A DNA stretch of 64,000 nucleotides from Terriglobia bacterium (GCA_965198225.1 CBDAOY010000007.1:990045-1054044); one strand, 5' to 3'. Numbered from the stretch's first letter, positions 1 through 9,748 are shown. The notes: generated from the letters alone by a model not told the origin. A program made the numbers and translations.

Positions 1-1669
1 CCCAGTAGTGATCCTCGACGACGACCAACCGGCCCCCTGTTTCCGCGGCTGCACGGATCAGGCCCTCGGCATCGATGGGCTTGACCGAGTATGCGTCGAT
101 GACCCGGATGGAGCAGCCTCGCTCCTTCAGGATGTCGTGTGCCTTCAAGCCTTCGTGGAGCGTGATCCCGGCGCCGACCACCGTGATGTTGTCATCATCG
201 GACTGTCTAAGAGTCTTCGAGCCGCCGATGTCAAAGACCTCGTCGGAGTCATAGATGACCGGTGCTTTCGGGCGGGTCGTGCGCAGATAGGAAATACCAT
301 CTTGATCCGCCAGTCTTGAGACCAGGCGTTCAGTCGAAACCGCGTCGCTCGGATACAGCACCACCGAGTCGGGAATGGCGCGAAACATCGCTATGTCTTC
401 CAAGCCCATCTGGGACGGTCCGTCCTGTCCTATCGAGACGCCGCAGTGGGAACCGACGAAGCGGATGTTCGCCCGGGAAATACGGGCCATCCGGATCTGG
501 TCGAAACTTCTGGTCAGAAAAGCTGCGAACGTCGAAACAAACGGGATCTTGCCGCAGGCGGACATGCCTGCAGCCACACCGACCATGTTCTGTTCCGCGA
601 TGAACATCTCGAAGAACTGATCGGCGTGATCGGCGAGGAGTTTCTGGGAGAATGTCGAGTTCTTCGTGTCGCCGTCGAGCGCAACGACACGCGGATCCTT
701 GTCGGCCAGCTTGACCAGGGCGTCACCGTAGGCCTCCCGCGTCGCGGCCTGATCTCCGCGGTTGCGGGTGACGTCGATGCGGTGTTCGACGTGGGCGGCT
801 TCGATCGGAATGCTCGGTCGCGGAGACGGTTTGTAGCCGTCTGAGCCGAGCGGGGTCGACAACTCCCGGAGTGCCGAGCTGAGTTCGGTCTTCGGTACGG
901 GCTTGCCGTGCCAGCCGTCCTTGTCTTCAAGAAGCGATACGCCTTTGCCCTTGAATGTGCGGGCGACGATCGCGCGGGGCCGATCGCCTCCCTCGGCCCG
1001 ACACTTCTCGAACGCGCCGGTGATCGCCTCGTAGTCGTGCCCGTCGATCGCGAGGGCGTACCATCCGAAAGCCCGGAATCGCTCTGCGTAACGGTCGACG
1101 TCGAAGCCGTACATCGTTCGCTGGCTCTGGCCCATGCCGTTGACATCGACGATGGCATAGAGGTTCTTCGTCTCGTAGAAACTCGCCAGCGCGGCCGCTT
1201 CCCACACCGAGCCCTCGGCGCACTCACCGTCTCCCAGCAGCACGTAAGTATCGTAGGGCGCGTCGTCCATGCGCGCGGCCAGCGCGAGGCCCAGCCCGGC
1301 CGACAGCCCCTGGCCCAGAGATCCCGTTGCCACGTCGACCCACGGGATTCGCGGGGTCGGGTGGCCCTCGAGGTCGCTGTCAAACTTGCGAAGGCTCAGC
1401 GTCGCGTTCTCATCCACAATTCCGGCTTCGGCGTACGCCGCGTACAAGAGCGGTGCCGCGTGGCCTTTCGACAACACGAACCGGTCGTTCGAAGGGTTGT
1501 TCGGCTCCTGCGGGTCGTAATGCATCTGCCGGAAGAATATGACCGAGGCCAGGTCTGCGGCCGACAGGCATGATGAAGGGTGTCCAGAGCCGGCCTCGGT
1601 CGTGGCCTTGATGGAGAGGACGCGCATTCGGCGCGCCTTTTCTTTGAGGACTTCGATGGGCGTGTCCAT
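1..1669 (-). CDS. tkt: transketolase (single polypeptide; the start codon is in the window and the 3' end runs off the window start)
   Basis: Manual minus-strand translation from the ATG at 1669 gives MDTPIEVLKEKARRMRVLSIKATTEAGSGHPSSCLSAADL...LLGDGECAEGSVWEAAALA...FIAEQNMVGVAAGMS...HCGVSIGQDGPSQMGLEDIAMFRAIP. These are transketolase TPP-binding and pyrimidine-binding motifs. The gene is absent from the ORF track because it has no stop inside the window. The listed ORFs here (514..1383 minus, 908..1573 plus) are off-frame or antisense shadows. Confidence 0.85.
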   Translation of the reverse strand, partial: MDTPIEVLKEKARRMRVLSIKATTEAGSGHPSSCLSAADLASVIFFRQMHYDPQEPNNPSNDRFVLSKGHAAPLLYAAYAEAGIVDENATLSLRKFDSDLEGHPTPRIPWVDVATGSLGQGLSAGLGLALAARMDDAPYDTYVLLGDGECAEGSVWEAAALASFYETKNLYAIVDVNGMGQSQRTMYGFDVDRYAERFRAFGWYALAIDGHDYEAITGAFEKCRAEGGDRPRAIVARTFKGKGVSLLEDKDGWHGKPVPKTELSSALRELSTPLGSDGYKPSPRPSIPIEAAHVEHRIDVTRNRGDQAATREAYGDALVKLADKDPRVVALDGDTKNSTFSQKLLADHADQFFEMFIAEQNMVGVAAGMSACGKIPFVSTFAAFLTRSFDQIRMARISRANIRFVGSHCGVSIGQDGPSQMGLEDIAMFRAIPDSVVLYPSDAVSTERLVSRLADQDGISYLRTTRPKAPVIYDSDEVFDIGGSKTLRQSDDDNITVVGAGITLHEGLKAHDILKERGCSIRVIDAYSVKPIDAEGLIRAAAETGGRLVVVEDHYW

Positions 1670-1925
1670 GATTTCGAACGCTGTTCCTTTTCGAACGGTT
1701 GACGACATGCTAAAGCAGCCCGAGGCCAGGCATCTCCGAGGGAACGCCGGACCGAAATTTGCCTGAGATGAAGTTGTGAATTATACGACACCTCTCGGGC
1801 CAGAAGCGGGGCCTAGAGGCAACGAAAACGGTTGGATGTTCGGCTTAGCCGTATCGCTGGTCCAATGTGATCCAGGTCTCTCCTGGCGGGCAGCCGATTC
1901 TTCTATAAAGACTGTAAAAAATGTA

Positions 1926-1954
1926 TTGACAACAAGATCACGAAAACAGATAAT
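1926..1954 (+). promoter_or_regulatory. sigma70-type promoter, TTGACA-17 nt-GATAAT, in an AT-rich island
   Basis: TTGACA lies at 1926-1931 and GATAAT at 1949-1954 with an exact 17-nt spacer. It points away from the divergent transketolase gene and toward the terminator at 1993-2021. Confidence 0.5.
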
Positions 1955-1960
1955 TCGCGT

Positions 1961-2021
1961 AATCTCATTAATTTGAGCGTTCCCCACACTCCGGGCCCTG
2001 CGCGATGCAGGGCCTTTTTTT
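1961..2021 (+). ncRNA. candidate small RNA (~60 nt) defined by the promoter and intrinsic terminator; no ORF
   Basis: The predicted TSS is ~1961, about 7 nt after the -10. The predicted 3' end is the U-tract at 2015-2021. There is no coding potential in between. Confidence 0.3.
1993..2021 (+). terminator. rho-independent terminator (GGCCCTGC-gcgat-GCAGGGCC followed by TTTTTTT)
   Basis: An 8-bp GC stem with a 5-nt loop is followed by a T7 run on the plus strand only. Confidence 0.6.
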
Positions 2022-2511
2022 CTGCAGAGACACCGATGATTCTTCACTCTCGGGGCAAACGGGGCGTGCAACCGGGCGTTACCATCTTGCGTGTGCTGTC
2101 GTCGGCGAACTGAGAAACTCGAACCAGCAGCGCCACCGAAACCTGCACGCAGTGGCCGCACTCCGGTTGGGGCTCAAGGTTCGACCAAACCTCGAGGTGA
2201 GCCGTCGCTCGAATCGACAGACGCCAGCACCGATCCGGACGCCGAGGATCGCGGCGTAAAGCACTCCAAGTGATGCCGGCCGTCCTGAGGGACCTACTCG
2301 GTACAGCGACCTTGTCACGAAAGACTTCCCGTTCTTTCTCCATTTCATGTTCCGTTGAGTCGAGTGATGAGCTGGTCTTTTCCCGTCGGTCATAGCATCC
2401 ACGGTATTGCAGCAGTCCAATCCGGTGGGCACGACGAGACCTCCCACCAACAGAATCCCGTCCGATTTTCGACCTGCTTCTCTAGAGCGGAAGTGTCCGC
2501 CAACCGTAATC

Positions 2512-3000
2512 CTAGGCGGTCTTGCCTACATCAAGCCATCTGCGAATCGCTCTGGAGGCGTCGCGCCGGATGATCTCTTCCAAGTACGGCACGAGGCAAG
2601 CATACGGACGCCTCAGCCAGGGCGTGCCCTTCGGATCATCCCCCGCGAAGCCAAAGTCGATCCAATCCTCGCATCCCGCGAAATGTCCGCCCCGGCAGAG
2701 CCGACATATTCGCCAGCGTAGCTTGCTTTTCGCGCCCTGTCCGAGGACTAGGAAAGTCTTTCGTTCGGCCTGCAGCTCCCGAATCTGCCTGAGTTCGTAG
2801 CGAAGAGATTCGGACATCATGTCAATCGTGACAATGACGTGGGACGACAGGCGAACGCACTCGCGGACCAGCTCGCGCCATTTGTCGTCCGGTGCGATTA
2901 GCTTCGGAATTGGCATGGGTCTGGCGGCCAAGTTCAAGGTTGACGAGCCCAAGCCGATAACGGAACACCCTTGACCTCCGGCCACGTAGTTGGGGCGCAC
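2512..3000 (-). CDS. hypothetical protein (162 aa, Cys-containing)
   Basis: The ORF is in the track. The protein is non-repetitive and has plausible codon usage. No family is recognised. Confidence 0.45.
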   Translation of the reverse strand: MRPNYVAGGQGCSVIGLGSSTLNLAARPMPIPKLIAPDDKWRELVRECVRLSSHVIVTIDMMSESLRYELRQIRELQAERKTFLVLGQGAKSKLRWRICRLCRGGHFAGCEDWIDFGFAGDDPKGTPWLRRPYACLVPYLEEIIRRDASRAIRRWLDVGKTA

Positions 3001-3161
3001 CCAACGTCTTGGGCTGGTTCCGTTGCTTGGCAGCGGTGCGAAGATCGAGAACCGGCTGGAGAATCGGGGTAGACCCGTCCAAACTGTGGGGTGAAATGCG
3101 GAGCACAGGACCGACCGTCAATGAATCAACTCTGTTATCAGCAGCTTACAGCTACGGGAAG

Positions 3162-3248
3162 CGGAGAGGGTGGGATTCGAACCCACGGTGGAGTCACCCC
3201 CACACCGGTTTTCGAGACCGGCCTGTTCAACCGCTCCAGCACCTCTCC
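3162..3248 (-). tRNA. tRNA-Ser (anticodon CGA)
   Basis: The reverse complement is GGAGAGGTGCTGGAGCGGTTGAACAGGCCGGTCTCGAAAACCGG...GGGTTCGAATCCCACCCTCTCCG. It has a 7-bp acceptor stem, the anticodon loop CTCGAAA, a long variable arm and the T-loop GGTTCGAATCC. Confidence 0.85.
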
Positions 3249-3322
3249 GTAGTTGATTTTACACCACTTAGCAAGGCCCACCACTTTTCATCGTCAGTCG
3301 ACAGTCCGCCTCCGTGGCAGCG

Positions 3323-3373
3323 CGGCAAGACAAACGAGGCCCCCCTCGAACATGAAGAAGGACTTGGGGGCCT
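3323..3373 (-). terminator. probable intrinsic terminator downstream of the giant SBBP/YVTN gene
   Basis: On the minus strand, AGGCCCCC...GGGGGCCT forms an 8-bp stem, followed by cgUUUGUCUU. Confidence 0.4.
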
Positions 3374-3402
3374 GGCCTATCGCTGCCCGGGAATCGTGGA
3401 TT

Positions 3403-6400
3403 TCAGTCTTCGCCGCCTTTCCCGGACTTCTTGGACTTATCTGACTTTTCGGATTTGTCCGATTTGCCGGACTTGCCCGACTCCTCAGACTTGTTCGATT
3501 TTCCGGACTTGTCGGACTTACCCGATTTGTCGTCATCGTCGCCTTCGATGTCAGCCTGGATGCGGATCTCTCCCGAGTCGTTGCCGATCGTTAGGTTGAC
3601 CTCGACTGGATTCGAGATACTGTCCAGATTCACGGCCTCCGCCTCGACTCGAAAGTCGAAGGCGTCCGGACCCAGCTCGCGAATCCTCAGCTCCAGCTCG
3701 ATCCCGGCGACCTCGCCTTCAAACTCAAAGATGTCCGCACCACCCTTACGGCGGAACTCCAGCGAACCTGCCGGCAGCGTCAGTTCGAAGACGCCGATGT
3801 TCAGGACAACATCTTCCTGTGACGGGTCGATACCGTCGGAAGCGACGCCCAGCGTGAAAGCTTCCCGGAGGTCGAACTCGCCGTCCGCGCCCGTTTCAAT
3901 CTCAGCGACGGCGGCGAAATCGGCAAATATCTCTGGCTGCGTGTCGCGGATGGTGATCTCCACAGTGTCGTCGACGCAGTCGGAGCGAGAGTTGCAGGCC
4001 CGGAAGGCCGCCGAAACAATGGTATCCGCTCCCACCGACGGTGCGAGGAACGTTGCGCTGGCTCCCGACGTCTCGAAGACGCCGTCGCTGTCTGTGTCCC
4101 ATTCAAGAGTCAGGAACGACACATCGCCCCCTTCCGCGTGGGTAACAGTCCCGTTGAGCGCAATCGACTCTCCTTCGTCGACCTCGTACGGCCCCCCGGC
4201 ATCCGCCGTGATACCGGCGAGATCCTCGTCGCCGAACGTGTCCCCGGGAGCTACTGCTGCTATTTCGTTGCCGTCGGAGTCAACCACCCGAAGTGCAACG
4301 TTGCCCAGATTCTCGACCAGGAACTGTCCCAGCGGGGACTCGGTGACCTTGCCGATCCCGCCCGTCGGGATCGACACGAAGGTGTCAGCGCCGAAGCCGA
4401 CCTCGACTGGCCCACGGAGGACCTCTAAGGTCAGGGACCCGCACAGGAACTTCACGGCATCGTTCTGGTCCAGGTCCACTCCCTGGCCGCACGCCACGAT
4501 GTGCGCCTTTTCGGTCCCGCCCCTGGCGTTGGCGAACAACCCGTTTCCGAACGCGTCCCAAACCGTCACGTGCTGGTCCGCCCGGATCATTATGAAACCG
4601 GAACTAATCCCGTCGCTGAAATCGTCAGAAAAGGTCTGATCGGTGTCCACCTGGTCGATGATCCCGTCGCCGTCCCGGTCTTGCGGACCGATGGCCGTGA
4701 CGCGGCCCCCCACCCCAACGATGGCGCCGACCACCTTGTTCGAAACCGTCCCGTTTTCGTCCACCACCTCGATGACCTGAACGACGGACTCACTGGCCAC
4801 GTAGACCTTCGTCCCGTCCGGACTCACTGTGACGTCACTACCGAACGCCCCCGGCACTGCCGGGACGACGACGTCCTTGACGTTCGTGTCGATAACCGCG
4901 ACTCCAAACGGTCCCATCGCAACGTAGACGAGATGGCCATGGCCGTCTACGGGCTGCGGTGTCACGGCCAGATCGGACGGTACACCTCCAACGCTGATGT
5001 CCTTGACCTTCATGCCGTACTCACTGGTGTTCCTGTCAGCGCCGATGACGGAGACGGTCTTCGCGTTGGCAAAGGTATTCCCCACATAGGCCCACTGACC
5101 GTCGGGCGTCACGAGTACAGGACTGGGCTGGGTACCGACAACGATGTCGAGGGCCTCGGAGGTCTCGGTGTCGATCCGCGTGACCTTTTTCTGTTCGCGC
5201 CGGGTGGCGTAGACCTGAGTGCCGTCCGGGTGCACCGCCACACCGTCGAAGTTTTCCGCTGCTTTACCGGAATGTAAGACGGTCAGACCATGGGTCTCAG
5301 TGTCCATCACGTAGATGTCCGACCTGTTGCCACCCTGGTTGTCATTTTTGTCCTCGTGGACCACGACGAAGAGCTTCGTTCCGTCGGGGCTCACGACCAG
5401 TGCTTCGGGACCTGGTCCAACGACGTCCTCAACGGGGATAGGGACCTTGTGCACCTGTTTGGTGGCCGTGTCGAAGACCACAACGTTTTGGAGGTTGTTA
5501 AGGGAGTCCCGCTCGAGCCCATAGACTTCTGCCCCGTCTGGACGGACTGCGACGGCACCTGGCGCGCGATCAGTCAGGCCCGGCACAAGAGCTCCCGGCA
5601 CCGTTTCGGTGAGCAGGCAGTCATTGGCGGTGTCGATGATGCGGCCGTCGCCGGTATAGGCAAGCGGCCCGCCACCGCCGGTGCACGAAAGGGTGATCTT
5701 CGCGACGAACGCGTCGTTTCCGATTCCAGCGTTTGGCTGCAGCGTATTCCCCTCCTGCGGGAAGTTGGCGGATCCCGTTGTGCCGGCGACATAGACCTCA
5801 CCGAACGGGTTGACCGCGATACCGGAGCCCCTGTCGGCTCCGCTTCCTCCAAGGTAGGTGGAATACACGAGGTCTGTCCCGGAAAGGTTGAACTTGCTGA
5901 TGAAGGCATCGCAGAGCGTGCCATCGTGCAAGTGGGCTACGGGGTCCTCGGGTAGAGGGTCGACGAGTGGGAAACCGGTCATCGGGGCAGTCGTCGAGCA
6001 GCCCTGCCCGGTCACGTAAACGCCCGAGGGGTCTGCCGCGACAGCGTATCCGTAGTCGTCTCCCACGCCGCCCAGGAACGTGGAATACGTGAGATCCGCA
6101 CAGTTGTTGTACTGGACCTGTCCGATCGGGCAGCTCACGAAGGAGGAGTTGCCCGCGGACAGTGCCGCCACAAACACATCGTAAGTCCCACCGCCATGTG
6201 TCTCCTGGTAGGTGCCCGGAAAGCCGAAATTGCTGGAGGAGACAGGGAAGTCCATCGAAATGGTCTCTCCTGTGACCACGATTCCCCACGGACTGAAGGA
6301 TATGCCTCGCGCCAGGTCCCAGCTGGAGCCGCCCAGGTAGGTGGCATACTCCAGACGAGCTATCCCCTGGTTGTTTGTGCCCAGTTCGGCCAGAAAGGCG

Positions 6401-8004
6401 TCGCATCCGCCGCCGTACTGGGTTGAGAAAGGAGTCGCCGAAGGAGGGGTGGGAAAGTCGTCTGAGCAGGTCTGTCCCGTCACGAAGGGGCCGGTCGACT
6501 CGGAGCCGACGATGATTCCCAGACCATCCTCGCTGGACTGGCCCCCAAGGTAGACACCGTAGTCGAAGTCGTGACAGTCGCTGTATTGGATTCCGTTGAT
6601 GTTGCAGGAACTCTCGTTGAAGGGAGTGCTGATATCGAGCTTGACCACGAAGGCGTCCCGGGCAAGCAGCGGATTGTTCACGTCGATGGAGAGCGTGGTC
6701 AGTGCGGATTGGGCGTTGTCGGCAGGGAAGTCCGCCGAGTGGGTTGTGCCGGTAACAAAGACGGAGTTCACGGTGTTCGGTAAGAGCGAGGGTGTCACAG
6801 CCACGCCGAGGGCGAGGTCGTCGCGGCTGCCGCCCAGATAGGTGGAGTACTGGAGTTGCCCGCTGAAGGGCGCGAGCGCAAGCACAAAGCCGTCCAGATC
6901 GGTGCCTCCTAACTTGTTGGGGTCCAATCCCCGGTCAAAGGCGTCGGGAGTCGTGGGGAAGTCCGATGACCTGGTGTGACCTACTACGTACACCGTGCCC
7001 GAGGGCGCCGGGACGATTCCCCTCGCGGACTCGTCGCCTGTCCCTCCGAAGTAGACGGAATAGGCCAGGGCGCCGGAGCTGTCTATCTTGACCACGAAGC
7101 CGTCGTCTCCTGCCGCCGGCGGCACCTGGGTTGCCGGACCGGGCAGTGTGGCGCCCGAGGTGGTCGACCCTGCTACATAAACGTTCCCCTCGCCGTCGAT
7201 GGCGATGCCACGGGCTGAATCCTCGCCCATCCCGCCAAGGTAGCTGGAGTAGCCTAGCTCCAGCACCGGATCGATGACCAGAGTTTTGCTGTCATCGTAT
7301 GCGGCCAGTTGAAAACCGACGACCTGGGATTCTGGATTCAAGAGGTATCCGCCGGGGACCGTTTGCCGCCGACCGTCGATTTCCTGGTAGATGACGGGTT
7401 TTCGAAGTCGAACCTCACCGGTGGAGGTGTCGAGGACGAGGTCCCCGTTCGTGTCGATTTCGACTCTATCCGGACCCTCCAAGGAAACCTTGATGGAGTC
7501 GGGATCAGCCCCGGGCGCAACTATGAAGTCGTGCTCCCAGCGCCGTTGGTTGCCATAGTGAACGAGGTCGATCCCTGGATAGACATTCTGGTATCGGACC
7601 CTTGCGTAGGTTGGGAGGTTGGTGCGCCACTTCTCGGGGTCGCTTCCGATGAAGTAACTGCTCTTGCCTGGCAGCTCCTGGAGGCCGATGATAGCCGATC
7701 CGGAGTCGGCGCCGACGAGCCGCATCCGCACCGCACTTGCCGGGGTTTTGCCGGCGTCGCGCTCACGGAGCAGAAGAACCGCTTCTTCGGAAGTCAGGAA
7801 GAGCGTATAGCCGCTGCCTCGGGAAATGAACCGGACCTCTTCGTCCGCCTGGCCCTGGTTGGGCTCGAAGGCCATCGGTAATTGCACGAAGGTCGCCGGC
7901 AGGCTCTGGTCGACCTTTCCTTCACCCTGGCTGTTGGCCCCCCCGGGGGAAACCACGATTCCGAACAAAAGGCAGACCAAGAAGGCTTTCATCGCCGATC
8001 GCAT
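3403..8004 (-). CDS. secreted giant beta-propeller repeat protein (1533 aa) with SBBP repeats, YVTN repeats, an Ig/PKD-like region and a C-terminal (KSGKSD)n low-complexity tail
   Basis: It has a signal peptide (MKAFLVCLLFGIVVSPGGANSQ). SBBP-type repeats are repeated (YSTYLGGSGxDxGxGIAV...GxVYVxGxTxSxxFP). YVTN-type repeats are present (VHPDGTQVYATRREQKKVTRIDTETSE...). The tail is DDDDKSGKSDKSGKSNKSEESGKSGKSDKSEKSDKSKKSGKGGED. Confidence 0.85.
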   Translation of the reverse strand: MRSAMKAFLVCLLFGIVVSPGGANSQGEGKVDQSLPATFVQLPMAFEPNQGQADEEVRFISRGSGYTLFLTSEEAVLLLRERDAGKTPASAVRMRLVGADSGSAIIGLQELPGKSSYFIGSDPEKWRTNLPTYARVRYQNVYPGIDLVHYGNQRRWEHDFIVAPGADPDSIKVSLEGPDRVEIDTNGDLVLDTSTGEVRLRKPVIYQEIDGRRQTVPGGYLLNPESQVVGFQLAAYDDSKTLVIDPVLELGYSSYLGGMGEDSARGIAIDGEGNVYVAGSTTSGATLPGPATQVPPAAGDDGFVVKIDSSGALAYSVYFGGTGDESARGIVPAPSGTVYVVGHTRSSDFPTTPDAFDRGLDPNKLGGTDLDGFVLALAPFSGQLQYSTYLGGSRDDLALGVAVTPSLLPNTVNSVFVTGTTHSADFPADNAQSALTTLSIDVNNPLLARDAFVVKLDISTPFNESSCNINGIQYSDCHDFDYGVYLGGQSSEDGLGIIVGSESTGPFVTGQTCSDDFPTPPSATPFSTQYGGGCDAFLAELGTNNQGIARLEYATYLGGSSWDLARGISFSPWGIVVTGETISMDFPVSSSNFGFPGTYQETHGGGTYDVFVAALSAGNSSFVSCPIGQVQYNNCADLTYSTFLGGVGDDYGYAVAADPSGVYVTGQGCSTTAPMTGFPLVDPLPEDPVAHLHDGTLCDAFISKFNLSGTDLVYSTYLGGSGADRGSGIAVNPFGEVYVAGTTGSANFPQEGNTLQPNAGIGNDAFVAKITLSCTGGGGPLAYTGDGRIIDTANDCLLTETVPGALVPGLTDRAPGAVAVRPDGAEVYGLERDSLNNLQNVVVFDTATKQVHKVPIPVEDVVGPGPEALVVSPDGTKLFVVVHEDKNDNQGGNRSDIYVMDTETHGLTVLHSGKAAENFDGVAVHPDGTQVYATRREQKKVTRIDTETSEALDIVVGTQPSPVLVTPDGQWAYVGNTFANAKTVSVIGADRNTSEYGMKVKDISVGGVPSDLAVTPQPVDGHGHLVYVAMGPFGVAVIDTNVKDVVVPAVPGAFGSDVTVSPDGTKVYVASESVVQVIEVVDENGTVSNKVVGAIVGVGGRVTAIGPQDRDGDGIIDQVDTDQTFSDDFSDGISSGFIMIRADQHVTVWDAFGNGLFANARGGTEKAHIVACGQGVDLDQNDAVKFLCGSLTLEVLRGPVEVGFGADTFVSIPTGGIGKVTESPLGQFLVENLGNVALRVVDSDGNEIAAVAPGDTFGDEDLAGITADAGGPYEVDEGESIALNGTVTHAEGGDVSFLTLEWDTDSDGVFETSGASATFLAPSVGADTIVSAAFRACNSRSDCVDDTVEITIRDTQPEIFADFAAVAEIETGADGEFDLREAFTLGVASDGIDPSQEDVVLNIGVFELTLPAGSLEFRRKGGADIFEFEGEVAGIELELRIRELGPDAFDFRVEAEAVNLDSISNPVEVNLTIGNDSGEIRIQADIEGDDDDKSGKSDKSGKSNKSEESGKSGKSDKSEKSDKSKKSGKGGED

Positions 8005-8082
8005 CTCTTCCCTCCGTTGCCCGGCAGATGTATGAACGCCGGGCTGATTCCATTTCTACGGGAGTGTCGGCGTTGACGGAAT

Positions 8083-8301
8083 CGCATGAACATGCGGTTT
8101 TCTCATCTAAGCCGATGGCCGAGACCGCGTATTGAGAACTCGGCAGGGGGACGGTTGCTGGAGCGGCGGTGAATTCTGATGGATGGAAGATGTAAGCCGA
8201 CGTCTCTGATCTATGGACTCAGGCGGCCGAGACCGCCCGTGTATCGCACGGCGCTACGAGCATTTGCAAGCGGGGGAGACTCGCATGAATATGCGGTTTT
8301 C
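8083..8301. promoter_or_regulatory. paired direct repeats (TCGCATGAAyATGCGGTTTTC twice, GGCCGAGACCGC twice) in the upstream region of the giant gene; possible enhancer-binding-protein sites
   Basis: The repeats were seen at 8083-8102 and 8282-8301. Each contains the imperfect palindrome CGCATG..CATGCG. They lie between the HK/NtrC operon and the giant gene. Confidence 0.25.
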
Positions 8302-8422
8302 GCTTCGTCCGTAAGAGATCAAATCTGAGAGCCTGGGAAGTGCTGTGATAGCCGCCAGCAAATCAGTAGTCAGTTGCTTTTGGCGCATCCCTAACTGACT
8401 ACCGACTCCTGACTACTAACCA

Positions 8423-9748
8423 TCAATTCTTCCAACTGTCGGCCCACAAAGGCAGGCGCAGCCTGGCCGCACAGCCTTGCCCCTCGCCCCGGTTCTCCAG
8501 TGTCAGGGTACCCTGATGCGCTTCTGCGATCTGTCGGCTCAAAACCAGCCCGATTCCCGAGCCGCCCTTCTTGGTGGTGAAGAAGGGGACGAACAGGTTG
8601 GAGGTGTTCGGCAGGCCCGGGCCTTCGTCTTCAACCCAGATGTGCAGGTGGCCGCCGGAGCGACTCCACCCCGTTCGCACATCACCTCCAGTTTCGAGAG
8701 ACGCGTCGACGGCATTCCGGACCAGGTTGATGAGGAGCTGCTCGATCTGTCCGCCGTCGGCTTCGATCGTGATCGGCGGACCTGGTATCAGGTTGACCGG
8801 CAGGCGCGTCTCCATTCCGACGACTCGACGTACCAGGGTGTCCACATCGACCTCTTCGGGTTTCGGTTGAGGTAGGCGTGCGAGCTTGGAATAGGACTCG
8901 ACGAACTGGATCAGGGAAGCGGATCGGGACGAGATCACCGAGAGACCGTGTTGGACGTCTTCCTCCCAGTCCGCCGGCCGCTGATCGCGCCCGAGCAGGC
9001 TCATGAGACTGCTCGCGATCGAGCTGATCGGTGTCAGGGAGTTGTTCAACTCGTGACCCAGAACGCGCACGATCCTCTGCCAGGTTCGCCTTTCCTCCTC
9101 GCGGAGCGTCCGGCTGAGATCGGACAGAACCAGCAGCTGGTGGGGAAGTCCACCCTGGCGAAAATTTGTCCGGCGGATCTCCCACCGGCCCCCGCCGCCC
9201 GGGAAACCGAACTCGACCAGCCGCGGCGTTTTGCCCTCCAGGCAATGTGCCAGACCCAGTTCGGCGGCGTTCGCGCCGAGCAGGCGTTCCCATGGTCTGT
9301 TCAGGAGGCGTTCGCCGGCACGGTTGACCAGCCGTAGCTTCTGGCCCTCGTCGAAGGAGAGTATCGCGACGTCGATCTCCTCCATGATCTTCTGCAAGAG
9401 CGCGGTTGCCTCGAGCGCGTCCATTCGCTGCCACCGGAGCGTGTCGGCGAGCGCGTTGATTTCTCGCGTCACATCTCCCAGCGCGTCGTCAATTCGGGCA
9501 CTGCTGCCACGGATCGAGTAGTCCCCCTCACGGAGCCCCGCGAGCAGGTTGGAAAGGGTCTGAAGGGGGAAGACCACTTTCTGCCTGGCGCCGAACGCCG
9601 CCCCTAACCAGACCACGAGGATCAACACCGACAGCGTCCACTGGACTTTCGCCGTGTAATCACTGCTCCAGAGGATAATCAGGGAGATGAGCGAGCCGGG
9701 GACCCCGGCGGTGAAGGCGATCCAGAATATGCGCTCTTCGTGTCGCAT
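8423..9748 (-). CDS. sensor histidine kinase (two N-terminal TM helices, HisKA, HATPase_c)
   Basis: The H-box is HELNNSLTPI and the G-boxes include GSGIGL. It is co-oriented with the NtrC-like gene. Confidence 0.85.
   Translation of the reverse strand: MRHEERIFWIAFTAGVPGSLISLIILWSSDYTAKVQWTLSVLILVVWLGAAFGARQKVVFPLQTLSNLLAGLREGDYSIRGSSARIDDALGDVTREINALADTLRWQRMDALEATALLQKIMEEIDVAILSFDEGQKLRLVNRAGERLLNRPWERLLGANAAELGLAHCLEGKTPRLVEFGFPGGGGRWEIRRTNFRQGGLPHQLLVLSDLSRTLREEERRTWQRIVRVLGHELNNSLTPISSIASSLMSLLGRDQRPADWEEDVQHGLSVISSRSASLIQFVESYSKLARLPQPKPEEVDVDTLVRRVVGMETRLPVNLIPGPPITIEADGGQIEQLLINLVRNAVDASLETGGDVRTGWSRSGGHLHIWVEDEGPGLPNTSNLFVPFFTTKKGGSGIGLVLSRQIAEAHQGTLTLENRGEGQGCAARLRLPLWADSWKN

Noticed and set aside
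514-1573. 289-aa minus and 221-aa plus ORFs at the window start
   Set aside because: They are off-frame or antisense to the real transketolase frame. That frame has no stop inside the window and was recovered by manual translation.
3431-4639. 402-aa plus-strand ORF (Ser/Pro/Thr-rich)
   Set aside because: It is the antisense of the SBBP/YVTN giant gene. The 6135-6841 small ORFs there were rejected for the same reason.
8682-9434. 250-aa Arg-rich minus-strand ORF
   Set aside because: It is off-frame inside the histidine kinase gene.
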